Counted from the stretch's first letter, positions 36,707 to 46,859 are shown. The stretch is 64,000 bases of DNA from an uncultured SAR86 cluster bacterium (GCA_902602595.1 CACKRJ010000001.1:346522-410521); one strand, 5' to 3'. Program-made: numbers and translations. The notes: generated by a model not told the origin, from the sequence alone.

Positions 36707-37556
36707 GCTTTTAGACTATATTTTGCAACACGGCGAAGTTCGTGGAGATAGAACTGGAACAGGAGTTATTTCATCCTTTGGTCATCAGATCCGTTTTAAT
36801 CTTGAAGATGGTTTTCCCGCGGTAACAACTAAATCACTAGCATGGAAAGGTGTTGTATCAGAGCTATTATGGTTTCTAGAGGGTTCTGATGATGAGCGCA
36901 GACTGGCTGAAATAAGATTTCAAAAAGATAGGTCTGAACTAACTGACTTAAATAAATTCTCTACTATTTGGACAGACAACGCAGACAATCAGGGCATTGA
37001 ACTTGGTTATGAAAATACTCAGATGATAAAAAAACTAGGCCCAGTTTATGGAGTTCAATGGAGAGACTGGGGAGGTATTGATCAAATCAAAAAACTAATC
37101 AAAGATCTTCAATCCAATCCTACTGGACGTAGGCACATATTAAGTGCATGGAATGTTGAAAAGCTTGATTCTATGGCCTTGCCGCCCTGTCATGTCATGT
37201 CTCAATTTTATGTTTCAAAAGGTGGTAGGCTTTCATGTCAGATGTATCAACGAAGCGCAGATATGTTTTTAGGCGTACCATTTAATATCGCAAGCTATGC
37301 TCTACTTCAATCCATTCTAGCAAATATCTTAAATTTAACTCCGGGTGAATTTATACATACATTCGGAGATGCTCACATATATAACAATAGTATTAAGCAA
37401 GTTGAAGAGCAACTTACAAGAGAGCCTAAGAAACTTCCAAAATTAATAATGCCTAATCTTGATTCAATAGATGCTCTGAGTGATTGCACTATTGATGATT
37501 TTATACTTGAAGGATATGAATCACATCCAGCCTTAAAAGCTTCAATGGCAATATAA
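36690..37556 (+). CDS. thyA: Thymidylate synthase
   Basis: MKQYLELL...GDRTGTG, LPPCHV and YQRSADMFLGVPFNIASYALL. At 288 aa it carries an insertion relative to the 264-aa E. coli enzyme. Confidence 0.97.
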   Translation: MKQYLELLDYILQHGEVRGDRTGTGVISSFGHQIRFNLEDGFPAVTTKSLAWKGVVSELLWFLEGSDDERRLAEIRFQKDRSELTDLNKFSTIWTDNADNQGIELGYENTQMIKKLGPVYGVQWRDWGGIDQIKKLIKDLQSNPTGRRHILSAWNVEKLDSMALPPCHVMSQFYVSKGGRLSCQMYQRSADMFLGVPFNIASYALLQSILANILNLTPGEFIHTFGDAHIYNNSIKQVEEQLTREPKKLPKLIMPNLDSIDALSDCTIDDFILEGYESHPALKASMAI

Positions 37557-37560
37557 TTTG

Positions 37561-38064
37561 ATGGTTATTTCTCACTTAGTAGCCCTTTCCAATAATCTTG
37601 TAATTGGTGTTAACAATGATCTTCCCTGGAAGCTAAAAAAAGACCTGCAGCATTTCAGTGCCTATACTCAAAATAAAGCAATTGTCATGGGAAGAAAAAC
37701 TTTTGAATCAATTGGGAGATCTCTGCCAAATAGAAAAAATATAGTTATTTCATCTACCTTAAATGCTTCAGAAGGAATAGAAGTAGTGTCCTCCTTAGAC
37801 CAAGGAATTCAAACAGCCAGTAAATGGAACAAAGATAATACAAGGAGTGACGAAATTGTTTTAATTGGCGGTGGTTATATTTTTGAAGAAAGTAAAAGCA
37901 TCGTTAACAAACTAGTTTTGACTAGAGTTAATTGTGAAATTGATGGAGATGTTTTTTATCCCCAAATAGATTTAAGCAATTGGAAAAAACTTTCAACCGA
38001 ATCTTTTGAAAAAGACCTTGAAAATGAATATGACTTTAAGGTTGAGACTTATATAAGATCTTAA
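37561..38064 (+). CDS. folA: Dihydrofolate reductase
   Basis: NDLPWKL, IVMGRKTFESIGRSLPNRKNIVIS and LIGGG. The ATG at 37561 is preferred over the adjacent TTG at 37558. Confidence 0.9.
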   Translation: MVISHLVALSNNLVIGVNNDLPWKLKKDLQHFSAYTQNKAIVMGRKTFESIGRSLPNRKNIVISSTLNASEGIEVVSSLDQGIQTASKWNKDNTRSDEIVLIGGGYIFEESKSIVNKLVLTRVNCEIDGDVFYPQIDLSNWKKLSTESFEKDLENEYDFKVETYIRS

Positions 38065-38069
38065 GAGTT

Positions 38070-39578
38070 CTAAGATTTTGATTGAGCCTTTGATTGCTGG
38101 ATAAAATCTCTGCGCAAGGCTAGATTTTTAACACGAACTTCTTCATTTTCAGCATATTTAATCCATGAATTTGCGGTCTTCTTGATTCTTTTGTTTTCAT
38201 CACGCGCGGCTGCTCTGAATTGTTTTTTAGCCTCTTCAAAATTCTGTAATTCAAAGTGGGCTTGTCCTAAAACTAAAAGAGCTTGAGATCGACTTTTAAC
38301 CTTAGGCTTTTTAAGACCGGCCTCAATAGCTCTTATTGAATCTTGCATGCGATCTTCAAAGAGATATAAATTACCCAACAAGACGTATGTATCTCCATCC
38401 TTTGACATTTTTGCAGCTTTTTCCAATACAGGAATAGCCATGTCAATTTCTTGAGCCATTCTCCAAGCATCAGCCAACAGCTTTAATGTTTTTTCTTTTT
38501 CTTTTACTACAGCAACAACCTCTTCTTCTCCAGTTTCTTCATCTTTTATAGTTACTTTCTTTTGTTGTCCAGAAACTAGAACCTGTGCTGCCCAATAAGG
38601 ATTTTTCTTGAGTAAGAGCATTTGGGCTAAAGCTAGATATTCTCCCTCTTTATCTAGAAGATCTTTATTATATGCAGCTTTTAATGTAAGCATGTAGTCT
38701 TCTTCTCTATCCATTTGCTGGTAAGTTCCTCCTAATTGAAGAAAATACATCTTCTTAGGATAGTAATTAACAAGAATTTCATAAATTCCCACTTGCTGCT
38801 CTAAAGCATACTGAGCACTTATAATTTTTTTATCTTTGAGCTCACTAAAGCATGCCGCTAACAAAACGTACCAATTTTCTTTTGGTCTGTAACCTTCTTC
38901 TTCTGCAAGCCTAATAGCTTCTTCCATGTTAGATCGTGCTCTTACATAATCAGTTTTTTGAAAGTATGCTGAAGCAAGTAGATAATATGATTGAGCCGTA
39001 ACTGTCTCAACCTCCTCCATCCATTGAAGGATTAAGCTAATACCTTTATCCCATCTTTCTTTGACCAAGTTTAATTGAGCAAGTGTTAATAAGGATGCAG
39101 TTCTTAATGGAACTGTAGCTTCTGGCTCTTTTAAAAGCTGCTCATAGGCATACATAGCTTTATCATAATCTTCATCACTAAAATAAAGGTATCCCCAATA
39201 ATTCCACATAACAGAACGATCATAACTTTTCATTTCAGCTCTGTTATTAAGAAGCTCGGTTAATATTGACCTTGCTGTGGCCCAATCTGGGTCATCTTCT
39301 TCTTTCTCAATAAACTTACCTTTGTTTTCTGGATCTGGTACTTTGACAGTTTTTTGTCTTTCCAGCGCCTCGACAATCTTAACAACTTTTTTAGCAGTAG
39401 AGTTTTGAAGCACTCGAGCTTTTTTATAGGTACGGGTTTTGCCGGCTTTTTTTGAGCTACCACCCACAGATGGCTCATCAGCCCTTCCGTCTCTAGTTTG
39501 TGCAGAAAGATCTATTACACTTAAAGAAAAACTAAGGGCAAGTAAAACAAATATATTTCGTGAGCTTATTTTGAACAT
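38070..39578 (-). CDS. Secreted TPR-repeat protein (TonB2-cluster TtpD-like)
   Basis: Signal peptide and multiple TPR-like repeats (e.g. AMYAYEQLL, SYYLLASAYFQ, ALLVLGQAHFEL). It is the last gene of the TonB cluster, and its start overlaps the tonB stop. Confidence 0.65.
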   Translation of the reverse strand: MFKISSRNIFVLLALSFSLSVIDLSAQTRDGRADEPSVGGSSKKAGKTRTYKKARVLQNSTAKKVVKIVEALERQKTVKVPDPENKGKFIEKEEDDPDWATARSILTELLNNRAEMKSYDRSVMWNYWGYLYFSDEDYDKAMYAYEQLLKEPEATVPLRTASLLTLAQLNLVKERWDKGISLILQWMEEVETVTAQSYYLLASAYFQKTDYVRARSNMEEAIRLAEEEGYRPKENWYVLLAACFSELKDKKIISAQYALEQQVGIYEILVNYYPKKMYFLQLGGTYQQMDREEDYMLTLKAAYNKDLLDKEGEYLALAQMLLLKKNPYWAAQVLVSGQQKKVTIKDEETGEEEVVAVVKEKEKTLKLLADAWRMAQEIDMAIPVLEKAAKMSKDGDTYVLLGNLYLFEDRMQDSIRAIEAGLKKPKVKSRSQALLVLGQAHFELQNFEEAKKQFRAAARDENKRIKKTANSWIKYAENEEVRVKNLALRRDFIQQSKAQSKS

Positions 39579-40294
39579 TATGTCTCCTCAAGAATAAAAG
39601 TAAACTTGTGAGGAACATCATCAACCCTTACAGCCTTTCCATCAACAATCTTTGGCTTGTATTTAAGCTTTAATGCTGCTCTTGAGGCTGCTGAATTAAA
39701 TATAGAACATGGTCTAAAAACCGTTTCAGGATTAGTTGGATCACCACACATGCCCTCAAGTGGTTCAGCATCCTCAACTGTTCCAGTTTCCGTGATTGTA
39801 AAAGCAACTATTGCGTATCCCATTATTCCTCTCTCTTGAGCTCTTCTAGGATAGATAGGTGTTACTTTGAATAAAGGGATATATTCTCCATCTCTAAAAA
39901 AGGAGCCTCCACCAGCAAAATTTGCTTTTGGTTTTGGTACGCTCACATCAACGCCTGCTAATGGAGCAAGGTCTAATTCTGGCTGCGCAATATCTTCTGG
40001 CTGTTCATCAGGCTCTTCTGGCTTTTCCACATTATCAAACAAAGTATCTATATCTCTATCAGGCATAATGACATCGCCCAATTTTCTAGAATTGTCCGTA
40101 GGCAAACTATTATCTCCAAGGTTAATCAATGCAACCATTAAAAAGAACAAGCCAAGGGTTATGAATGCTGCAAAGCCTGAGCCGGCAAGATATTTATTAT
40201 AATTAAAAGCTTTGTAATAAAGGGTTGCTAATGGACTTAATGCCTTAGATATAGATTGGTAAAAATTATCTAAACTATTATTAGCAGTGTTCAA
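39578..40294 (-). CDS. tonB: Energy transducer TonB
   Basis: N-terminal TM helix, acidic/Pro-rich linker EKPEEPDEQPEDIAQPE, and C-terminal domain YPRRAQERGIMGYAIVAFTITETGTVEDAEPL. Confidence 0.85.
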   Translation of the reverse strand: MNTANNSLDNFYQSISKALSPLATLYYKAFNYNKYLAGSGFAAFITLGLFFLMVALINLGDNSLPTDNSRKLGDVIMPDRDIDTLFDNVEKPEEPDEQPEDIAQPELDLAPLAGVDVSVPKPKANFAGGGSFFRDGEYIPLFKVTPIYPRRAQERGIMGYAIVAFTITETGTVEDAEPLEGMCGDPTNPETVFRPCSIFNSAASRAALKLKYKPKIVDGKAVRVDDVPHKFTFILEET

Positions 40295-40303
40295 TATAAC
40301 TCT

Positions 40304-40714
40304 CTATTTTGGTTCAGATGCAAGAGATATATTATAAACACCTGCTTCTCTTGAACCATCCATAACCTTAATAATTGTATCAGCCATTGCTTTTTCATCA
40401 GCCTGAATAACAACCGATCCTTGTGGATTATCAGCAAGGAGTTTTACAACATTAGCCTTTACTTGCCTTGCATCAATTCTTCTGCCATCCATCCAGATTT
40501 CTCCAGAAGCGCCAATTGCAATTAATATTGCTGCATTTTCTTGAGTTTCAGATGTGTCAGACTCAGGTCTATTAATTTCCAAACCTGGCTCTTTGATAAA
40601 GTTCGCTGTAACAATAAAAAAGATAAGCATGATGAAAACAACATCAAGCATGGGTGTCATATTAATCTCTGCTTCTTCCTCTTGAACTGCACTTGATATA
40701 GCATTTCTTCTCAC
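40304..40714 (-). CDS. exbD: Biopolymer transport protein ExbD/TolR
   Basis: INMTPMLDVVFIMLIFFIV TM segment and the periplasmic domain layout typical of ExbD. 136 aa. Confidence 0.9.
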   Translation of the reverse strand: MRRNAISSAVQEEEAEINMTPMLDVVFIMLIFFIVTANFIKEPGLEINRPESDTSETQENAAILIAIGASGEIWMDGRRIDARQVKANVVKLLADNPQGSVVIQADEKAMADTIIKVMDGSREAGVYNISLASEPK

Positions 40715-40730
40715 AATATTCTCCTATTAC

Positions 40731-41255
40731 CTAATTTTTAATCGTATCTTTAATTAAAGTTTCTTCTCTATTTCTTGCTGCATTTAAATATATAGTAGCA
40801 AATACACCTGAAAGAGCTGTAGTCATTCCAGCCATAGTTGGCAGGGTTGCTTTTGAAACACCTCCAGCCATTGACCTAGCATCGCCACCACCAGTGAAAG
40901 CCATAACTTGGAAAACTTCAATCATACCTGTCACAGTGCCTAGCAAACCAAATAATGGTGCCAAAGCAACACACGTGTTTATTAAAGATAAGTGTCTATT
41001 AACTTCGGTACTTGCTTGGGAAATTAATTTTTCTTTAATAGCGCCGCCTTTCCATGAGGCATGGTCTGCGACTGCATCCCATTCAGATTTTAATTCGTCC
41101 ATATAGACTTTATGGCCTGCATTAAAATACCAAATTCTTTCTAAGATTATTGCCCACATAAAGGCAGCGAGAATTGCAATCAACCAAAGCACGCTTCCCC
41201 CAGCAGACATAAAGTCTCTGAGAGTATTAAAAGCTTCAGTGATTGCGTAAAACAT
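40731..41255 (-). CDS. exbB: MotA/TolQ/ExbB proton channel protein (short ExbB)
   Basis: 174 aa with channel motif LAPLFGLLGTVTGMIEVF. Confidence 0.9.
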   Translation of the reverse strand: MFYAITEAFNTLRDFMSAGGSVLWLIAILAAFMWAIILERIWYFNAGHKVYMDELKSEWDAVADHASWKGGAIKEKLISQASTEVNRHLSLINTCVALAPLFGLLGTVTGMIEVFQVMAFTGGGDARSMAGGVSKATLPTMAGMTTALSGVFATIYLNAARNREETLIKDTIKN

Positions 41256-41262
41256 TAGCTAA

Positions 41263-42645
41263 TTACTTTGAATCTGAATGTTCTGCTACTATTCCTGTGC
41301 TTTGTTCTTCGAGAACATTAATAATGCCTCTTGCTGATGAATTAGCAAAAGAGTGTAACAGCGTTGTTGGAATAGCAACTACTAATCCTAGAACTGTAGT
41401 AACAAGAGCTTGAGAAATACCTCCAGCCATGATCTTAGGATCACCAGTACCAAATAGTGTAATCTGCTGGAAAGTAACGATCATACCTGTAACCGTTCCC
41501 AATAAACCAGCAAGAGGTGCAACAACTGAAATAATTTTTACAACTGGAATGCCTCGCTCAATAGCCGGTCTTTCGGCCATGATTGCTTCAGCAAGTCTTA
41601 GCTCTAAAGTTTCAATATCTTTGTTCATGTGCTCTGCGCCAACGGAAAGAACTCTTCCCAATGGATTAGATTTATCATGAGTTTTTGACTTGGCTTGCTT
41701 GGCGACTGCAACACCCATTGTGTAAAGCGTAAATAGCTTCCAGAAAGCAATCGCTATACCAATCAAACCTACAATTATAATGATGTATCCAACTTCTCTA
41801 CCTTGATTAACTCTTTCCATCAAACTTGGATTTTGAATCAAATTAGCAAGCAAACTGCCGCCAACTGGACCAGTTGGATCTACGCCAAACTTAATAACTT
41901 CGCCGATATCAGCTTTAGATAGTTTTTTAGCTGAACTTACATAACGACCTTCTGGCTGTTTTCCAAGGAAAGCATATTGGCCTTTGCTACCAATGTATTC
42001 TAAGTACTTACCATCACAGATAGCATTGTAGAGGCCTACTCTAGTAACCATACAATTTTCTGACTCGCCATCAAGATTAATTACGTTTGCGTTGAAAGAC
42101 ACAACCTCAGATCCTGCAACCATCTCTCTTTGAAGTTCATACCAAAGACCTTCTAGTTCTCTAATAGTGGGGAGCTCTGTAGCACTAGACATTTTTGCAG
42201 ATAGATCATTTAAAAATGTTTCTCTTTCTCTGCCGTATTGTGCAGAGGTCAAAGAATCAGCAAATAATGCACTTGCCTCTCCTGCAGAACTCTGCAGATG
42301 ACCGAAAAGTTCGACTAATGAGCCAAGCTCTTTCTTATATGCAGCTTCCTTAACAACCAAAATTGCATCATTTTTCTTATATTCAGCTTCAAGCTGATCA
42401 GCAATTTTTTCCTGTCTGGCTAACTCTCTTTTTTCAGCGGCTAATTTTGCTGCTTGCTTATTTTTGTCAGCAAGAAAGTCAGCTTCTCTTTTGGCGTTAA
42501 CGCCTTGCTCAGTTGTTCTGCCTTGTTCAACTAGCTGCAGTAAACCCTGAATAGTAGTAGGCTCACCCTCAGCTGTTTCTTGAGCATAAGTTGAAATTGA
42601 TGCAATCAATACAAAAGAAAGAATGTATTTATTTAAAATTTTCAT
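41263..42645 (-). CDS. Large MotA/TolQ/ExbB family protein (TtpC-like)
   Basis: 460 aa. It has a signal/TM segment, a long coiled-coil periplasmic region, and a C-terminal channel domain VAPLAGLLGTVTGMIVTF. Confidence 0.85.
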   Translation of the reverse strand: MKILNKYILSFVLIASISTYAQETAEGEPTTIQGLLQLVEQGRTTEQGVNAKREADFLADKNKQAAKLAAEKRELARQEKIADQLEAEYKKNDAILVVKEAAYKKELGSLVELFGHLQSSAGEASALFADSLTSAQYGRERETFLNDLSAKMSSATELPTIRELEGLWYELQREMVAGSEVVSFNANVINLDGESENCMVTRVGLYNAICDGKYLEYIGSKGQYAFLGKQPEGRYVSSAKKLSKADIGEVIKFGVDPTGPVGGSLLANLIQNPSLMERVNQGREVGYIIIIVGLIGIAIAFWKLFTLYTMGVAVAKQAKSKTHDKSNPLGRVLSVGAEHMNKDIETLELRLAEAIMAERPAIERGIPVVKIISVVAPLAGLLGTVTGMIVTFQQITLFGTGDPKIMAGGISQALVTTVLGLVVAIPTTLLHSFANSSARGIINVLEEQSTGIVAEHSDSK

Positions 42646-43394
42646 GATGCATCCCCTCTATAGACAACCGGCAACATCATGATGTCCATTGGTGCTAGTT
42701 TATTAGCCATGCGAATACCATCTCTGACTGTTACCCTGTAACTGCCTCCAAGTTCTTCCCATGTGCCTGTTTCAGTATCATAATACCCAGTTTTTCTTTC
42801 ATCCTTTGACTGGAAGAACATTCCTAACCTTCCTACTCTAAGAATGTTTACAACTACCTCTTGTCCATCGAGAACAATTGTTTCGTCATAAGCATCAAGC
42901 TTTCTGCCATACTCAGCTTCAATATTGTAGGCCTCTAAAATTTGTCGCACTTGCTCAGATGCAGTAACTTTAGGATTTGAAAGAGAGGCTCTAACAAGAT
43001 CTAATCTCTGTTTCCTTTCTTCTATATGAAATGGTGTATCAAGATTGACGTACTTCTCTAAGCCTTCAAGCATTCTCTGAGCCAAAGGCGGAACTTGTCT
43101 TTGCATAACAACAACCTGAACAAGTTGCTCGTCATATTGATCCATTAAATCAAGTTGGGCTTGAATCTGGATCCTTTTTTGAGCGTTATAAAGCTTTAAA
43201 CCTTCAACTTGTTTTGAAACAACTTTAAATTCATTTACTAACTTGTCAGTAGCTGACTCTGTTGCATCTATTTTTGCTTGAGATTGAGCAGATAGCTCGG
43301 TGTTATCCCTTCCAACTTCTAATACTAGTTCCATCTCTGAAGCCGCTACGAAAGTAGTCAGCATAGTAAGAACTACTAGGCTTTTATTTAACAT
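42642..43394 (-). CDS. DUF3450-type periplasmic coiled-coil protein (TtpB-like)
   Basis: Signal peptide and a coiled-coil N-half. It is the first gene of the cluster and is preceded by GGGAG. The call is based on context, size and remembered family layout. Confidence 0.6.
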   Translation of the reverse strand: MLNKSLVVLTMLTTFVAASEMELVLEVGRDNTELSAQSQAKIDATESATDKLVNEFKVVSKQVEGLKLYNAQKRIQIQAQLDLMDQYDEQLVQVVVMQRQVPPLAQRMLEGLEKYVNLDTPFHIEERKQRLDLVRASLSNPKVTASEQVRQILEAYNIEAEYGRKLDAYDETIVLDGQEVVVNILRVGRLGMFFQSKDERKTGYYDTETGTWEELGGSYRVTVRDGIRMANKLAPMDIMMLPVVYRGDAS

Positions 43395-43541
43395 TTTTTT
43401 CTCCCTAGGAAAAATGGTTCACTAGTCTAACAGCGTAGTGAAATTATTCAAACTTTTTTAATATGGTGAAATTGTACCTAATTTTGAACAAAATCGCCTC
43501 ACAATGCAGTAAATATAATAAAGCTAGAAAAATTAATATTT

Positions 43542-44426
43542 TTAGCTTTTATTAAGAAAAATCCTAGGAATTAGCTTGGGAGTATTCTCTTTGTAATTTC
43601 TGTACTCATCAAGATGACCCCACTTCTTATTGCCCCTGTACTCCAACATCCTTACTCCACTTACGTAGACAAGAAGTAAGTATGAAAAGATAGGAGAAAA
43701 AATTGCTAAATAGTTCATTCCCTCAAATGTGGATATACCCATTACAGTAACTCCAGCCCACAAAGTGATTTCACCAAAATAATTCGGATGCCTGGATCTA
43801 GCCCATAGCCCTTCATTTATAAATTGATCTTTGTTCTCTGGAATTGATCTAAATGCACTTTTTTGATTATCAGCTATTACCTCGACTACAAGGCCTAAGA
43901 CGAACAGAGCAAGTCCTAATATAAATACACTATTTATAACTACGCCCGATGGATTAGCAATAGCAACCAAAGCTGCAGATGAACATATAAATACCCACAT
44001 ACCCTGTAAGGTCCATGTCATAAAGAATTGAGAAAAGGAGGTTTTAATAGAATCGAACCTTCCGTCTTTTTTATCTTTATGAATTCTCATAAATAGGAAG
44101 GAGCCAAGCCTAACCGCCCACATAATAATTGCCGCGCCTATAATTAAACTGCCAAGGTCAAAACCTTGAGAGCTATTAGTTGAATACAAAGCAAATAAAA
44201 TAGCTAATATGTATGTAAAGCTGCCGGTTAAATCATAAAATTTTTCAGTCTTAAAAATAAAAGCTGGGATATATGCAGCCCACTGAATAACAAAGATCAT
44301 CACAAAAAGATGCCCCACCAAATTCACTCCTGATAGCTCAATGCTATTAAAAGAAATTGCATCAGCATAAAGCTTTGTAAAAATAAAAACTCCAGCAGCA
44401 ATAGTTAAGTTAGTTAAGTGTTTCAT
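43542..44426 (-). CDS. DUF1295 / steroid 5-alpha-reductase-like membrane enzyme
   Basis: Multi-TM protein with C-terminal GLWARSRHPNYFGEITLWAG. The ATG at 44426 overlaps the upstream TGA (ATGA). The track start at 44474 lies inside the M2 peptidase gene. Confidence 0.7.
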   Translation of the reverse strand: MKHLTNLTIAAGVFIFTKLYADAISFNSIELSGVNLVGHLFVMIFVIQWAAYIPAFIFKTEKFYDLTGSFTYILAILFALYSTNSSQGFDLGSLIIGAAIIMWAVRLGSFLFMRIHKDKKDGRFDSIKTSFSQFFMTWTLQGMWVFICSSAALVAIANPSGVVINSVFILGLALFVLGLVVEVIADNQKSAFRSIPENKDQFINEGLWARSRHPNYFGEITLWAGVTVMGISTFEGMNYLAIFSPIFSYLLLVYVSGVRMLEYRGNKKWGHLDEYRNYKENTPKLIPRIFLNKS

Positions 44427-46255
44427 TGTCCCTCCCATCCGCATGTGCGCTCGGCATTTTGAACATCTAGCCAATCCTTAAGTGGTTGATAATAGTTAAG
44501 CATTGATTTTCCACTTAATTCTCTAGTCCCAGTCAGTGCCTCTAGTGCAATCTGCCATTCTTGACTTTGTCCCAGGGCAAGCATGGCTCTAAGCTTTTCT
44601 CCAGCAAGCTCATTATCATATATTGAACATTCATGAAGAGGTCCCTTAAATCCCATCTGATTACAAAGAGATTCATGAAATTGATACTGGAGGATTTTTG
44701 CAAGGTAATATCTAGTATAAGGAGTGTTACCAGGTATATGGTATTTTGCTCCCGGATCAAAGGCATCAGCATCTCGATCACGAGGCGCTCCAATGCCTTG
44801 ATAAAACTCTCTTAATTCCCACCAGGAGTTATTTAATTCCTCTGGGCTGGTCTCACCTGTAAAAACTTTGGCTCTCCATTTGTCAAGCATCAATGTCCAA
44901 GGCACAGAGACCACTCCATCAAGCGCTTGCTGCATCAAAAGAGAGATTGGATCTGCGTTTGCTTGCTTGGCCTGCTCCTTAGTTACCATATCAATCTTTT
45001 GTAGATAATCTGGTGTAATTGATAGAGTTAGTAAATCACCCACTGCCTCATGAAAACCATCATTCGCTCCACTCTGAAAAATATCAGGTAGATGGCTGTA
45101 GGCTTGATAATAAAAAATATGGCCCAGTTCATGATGGATTACAGAAAAGTCCTCTGCATTCCTCTCTATACACATTTTAATTCTTAAGTCATTAATGTCT
45201 GAATTAAGATCCCATGCGGATGCATGACAAACTACATTGCGATCTTGGGGTTTAATAAATAATGATCTTTCCCAGAAGGAATCAGATAAAGGCTCAAATC
45301 CAAGAGAGATAAAAAAGTTTTCAGCAATCTTCACCATTTTTATTTCATCGATATCTTTATCAATTAATATGCTGGTTAAATCTATCTTCGAGGAAGATGG
45401 GCTACTTTCGGCCTTATAAACTAGATCATAAATATTTGACCAAGATTGTCCCCACATATTTCCCAGAACATGAGCAGGTAAATTACCAGTTTTTGCTACA
45501 ATATCTTCACCATAATGCTTTGAAAGCTCATCACGAACATGGCAATGCAAGGACTCATAAAGAGGCTTCAGCTCTTCCCACACTCTATCTGTTTCGTCCA
45601 AAAACTTATCTGCAGGCATATCATATTGACTAAACCACAAATCGGTTAATCCGTCATAACCCAAATCATTTGCGCCTTTATTTCCAATTTCAACCATTCT
45701 TAAATACATATCTTTCATAGGCTTGCCAATATTTCTCCAGCCCTCCCATGCCTTTAAAAGTTCAACAGGATCTCTAGAATTATCAATAATGGTCTCGAAT
45801 GCCTCTAAGTCGTAACAATCATCATCTGCAAAACAATGCTGCCCAGTGCCATACATTGCGTCCAATTCAGCGCTAATTGATGAAATTTCTCCAGCCAACT
45901 CCTCATTTAAAGGTGATGGCATAACAAATGAGCTCTTTATAAGGTTAAGTTTTCTTCTATTTTCTTCTGAAACCTCTACCCCATCAAAGGAAGAGGCCTG
46001 ACGTGCTCTCTCTAATGCAAGCAATTGATACCTTTTGCCATAGTCTGCAACTACTTTCTGTGAATCATAAGTGATAAAATTGGCTCCTATCCAATAGGCT
46101 GAGCTTACAATAGGTCCAAGGGTTTTATCTTCGAGTTCAACTCTTTGAAGAAAAGCTTCTACATCGGATTCAGTTAGGACATTTGGTTGCTCGCTTGAAC
46201 ATGAGTAAAGCGCTAGGATAGAAAGAAAAATAGTAGATAATAAAAATTTATACAT
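44423..46255 (-). CDS. Peptidyl-dipeptidase A (angiotensin-converting-enzyme-like, peptidase family M2), probable lipoprotein
   Basis: Zinc motif HHELGH plus downstream FHEAVGD (third ligand Glu), as in M2 gluzincins. The signal sequence carries a lipobox-like LALYSC. The ATG at 46255 is preferred over the TTG at 46279. Confidence 0.88.
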   Translation of the reverse strand: MYKFLLSTIFLSILALYSCSSEQPNVLTESDVEAFLQRVELEDKTLGPIVSSAYWIGANFITYDSQKVVADYGKRYQLLALERARQASSFDGVEVSEENRRKLNLIKSSFVMPSPLNEELAGEISSISAELDAMYGTGQHCFADDDCYDLEAFETIIDNSRDPVELLKAWEGWRNIGKPMKDMYLRMVEIGNKGANDLGYDGLTDLWFSQYDMPADKFLDETDRVWEELKPLYESLHCHVRDELSKHYGEDIVAKTGNLPAHVLGNMWGQSWSNIYDLVYKAESSPSSSKIDLTSILIDKDIDEIKMVKIAENFFISLGFEPLSDSFWERSLFIKPQDRNVVCHASAWDLNSDINDLRIKMCIERNAEDFSVIHHELGHIFYYQAYSHLPDIFQSGANDGFHEAVGDLLTLSITPDYLQKIDMVTKEQAKQANADPISLLMQQALDGVVSVPWTLMLDKWRAKVFTGETSPEELNNSWWELREFYQGIGAPRDRDADAFDPGAKYHIPGNTPYTRYYLAKILQYQFHESLCNQMGFKGPLHECSIYDNELAGEKLRAMLALGQSQEWQIALEALTGTRELSGKSMLNYYQPLKDWLDVQNAERTCGWEGQ

Positions 46256-46298
46256 TAAAAAGATTCCTTTTAAATACAATAAGAGAGTAAATCACACT

Positions 46299-46859
46299 AT
46301 GAAAATATCAACAAGCCAATTTAGAAACGGTCTAAAAATTATTATTAATGATCAGCCTTGTTCGATTCTAGAGCATGAGTTTCATAAGCCTGGAAAAGGG
46401 CAGGCAGTCATGAGGGTAAAGTTTAGAAACTTAATCACCGGCAAAGTGGTAGATAAAACCTATAAATCAGGAGAATCTGTGGAAGAAGCAGATGTAATAA
46501 TGGTTGAGATGAGCTATCTATATTCAGATGGGGAACAATGGCATTTTATGAATTCTGCTACATATGAGCAGATTGGAATTAATCAAGATATTGTGGGCGA
46601 TGCAAAGAAATGGATTATTGGTCAAGAAAATTGTGAGGTCGTTATTTGGAATGATGAGCCTATTTCAGTTGAAGCACCTCCATTTGTTGAATTAAACATT
46701 GCAAAATCAGATCCTGGAATCAAGGGAGATACTGTATCTGGTGCAACCAAACCAGCTGAGCTTGAGACTGGCGTAACCATCCAGGTTCCCTTGTTTGTTG
46801 AGGAAGGGGAAAAAATTAAAGTGGACACAAGGTCTGGTGAGTATTCGGGGCGCGTTTAG
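46299..46859 (+). CDS. efp: Elongation factor P
   Basis: FRNGLKIIINDQP, and the HKPGKGQAVMRVKFRNL loop with the modifiable Lys. 186 aa. Confidence 0.97.
   Translation: MKISTSQFRNGLKIIINDQPCSILEHEFHKPGKGQAVMRVKFRNLITGKVVDKTYKSGESVEEADVIMVEMSYLYSDGEQWHFMNSATYEQIGINQDIVGDAKKWIIGQENCEVVIWNDEPISVEAPPFVELNIAKSDPGIKGDTVSGATKPAELETGVTIQVPLFVEEGEKIKVDTRSGEYSGRV

Noticed and set aside
43395-43541. Possible Fur box or small RNA in the 147-bp spacer upstream of the TonB cluster
   Set aside because: The best Fur-like match (TTGAATAATTTCA) is poor. No stable structure or terminator suggesting an sRNA is visible.
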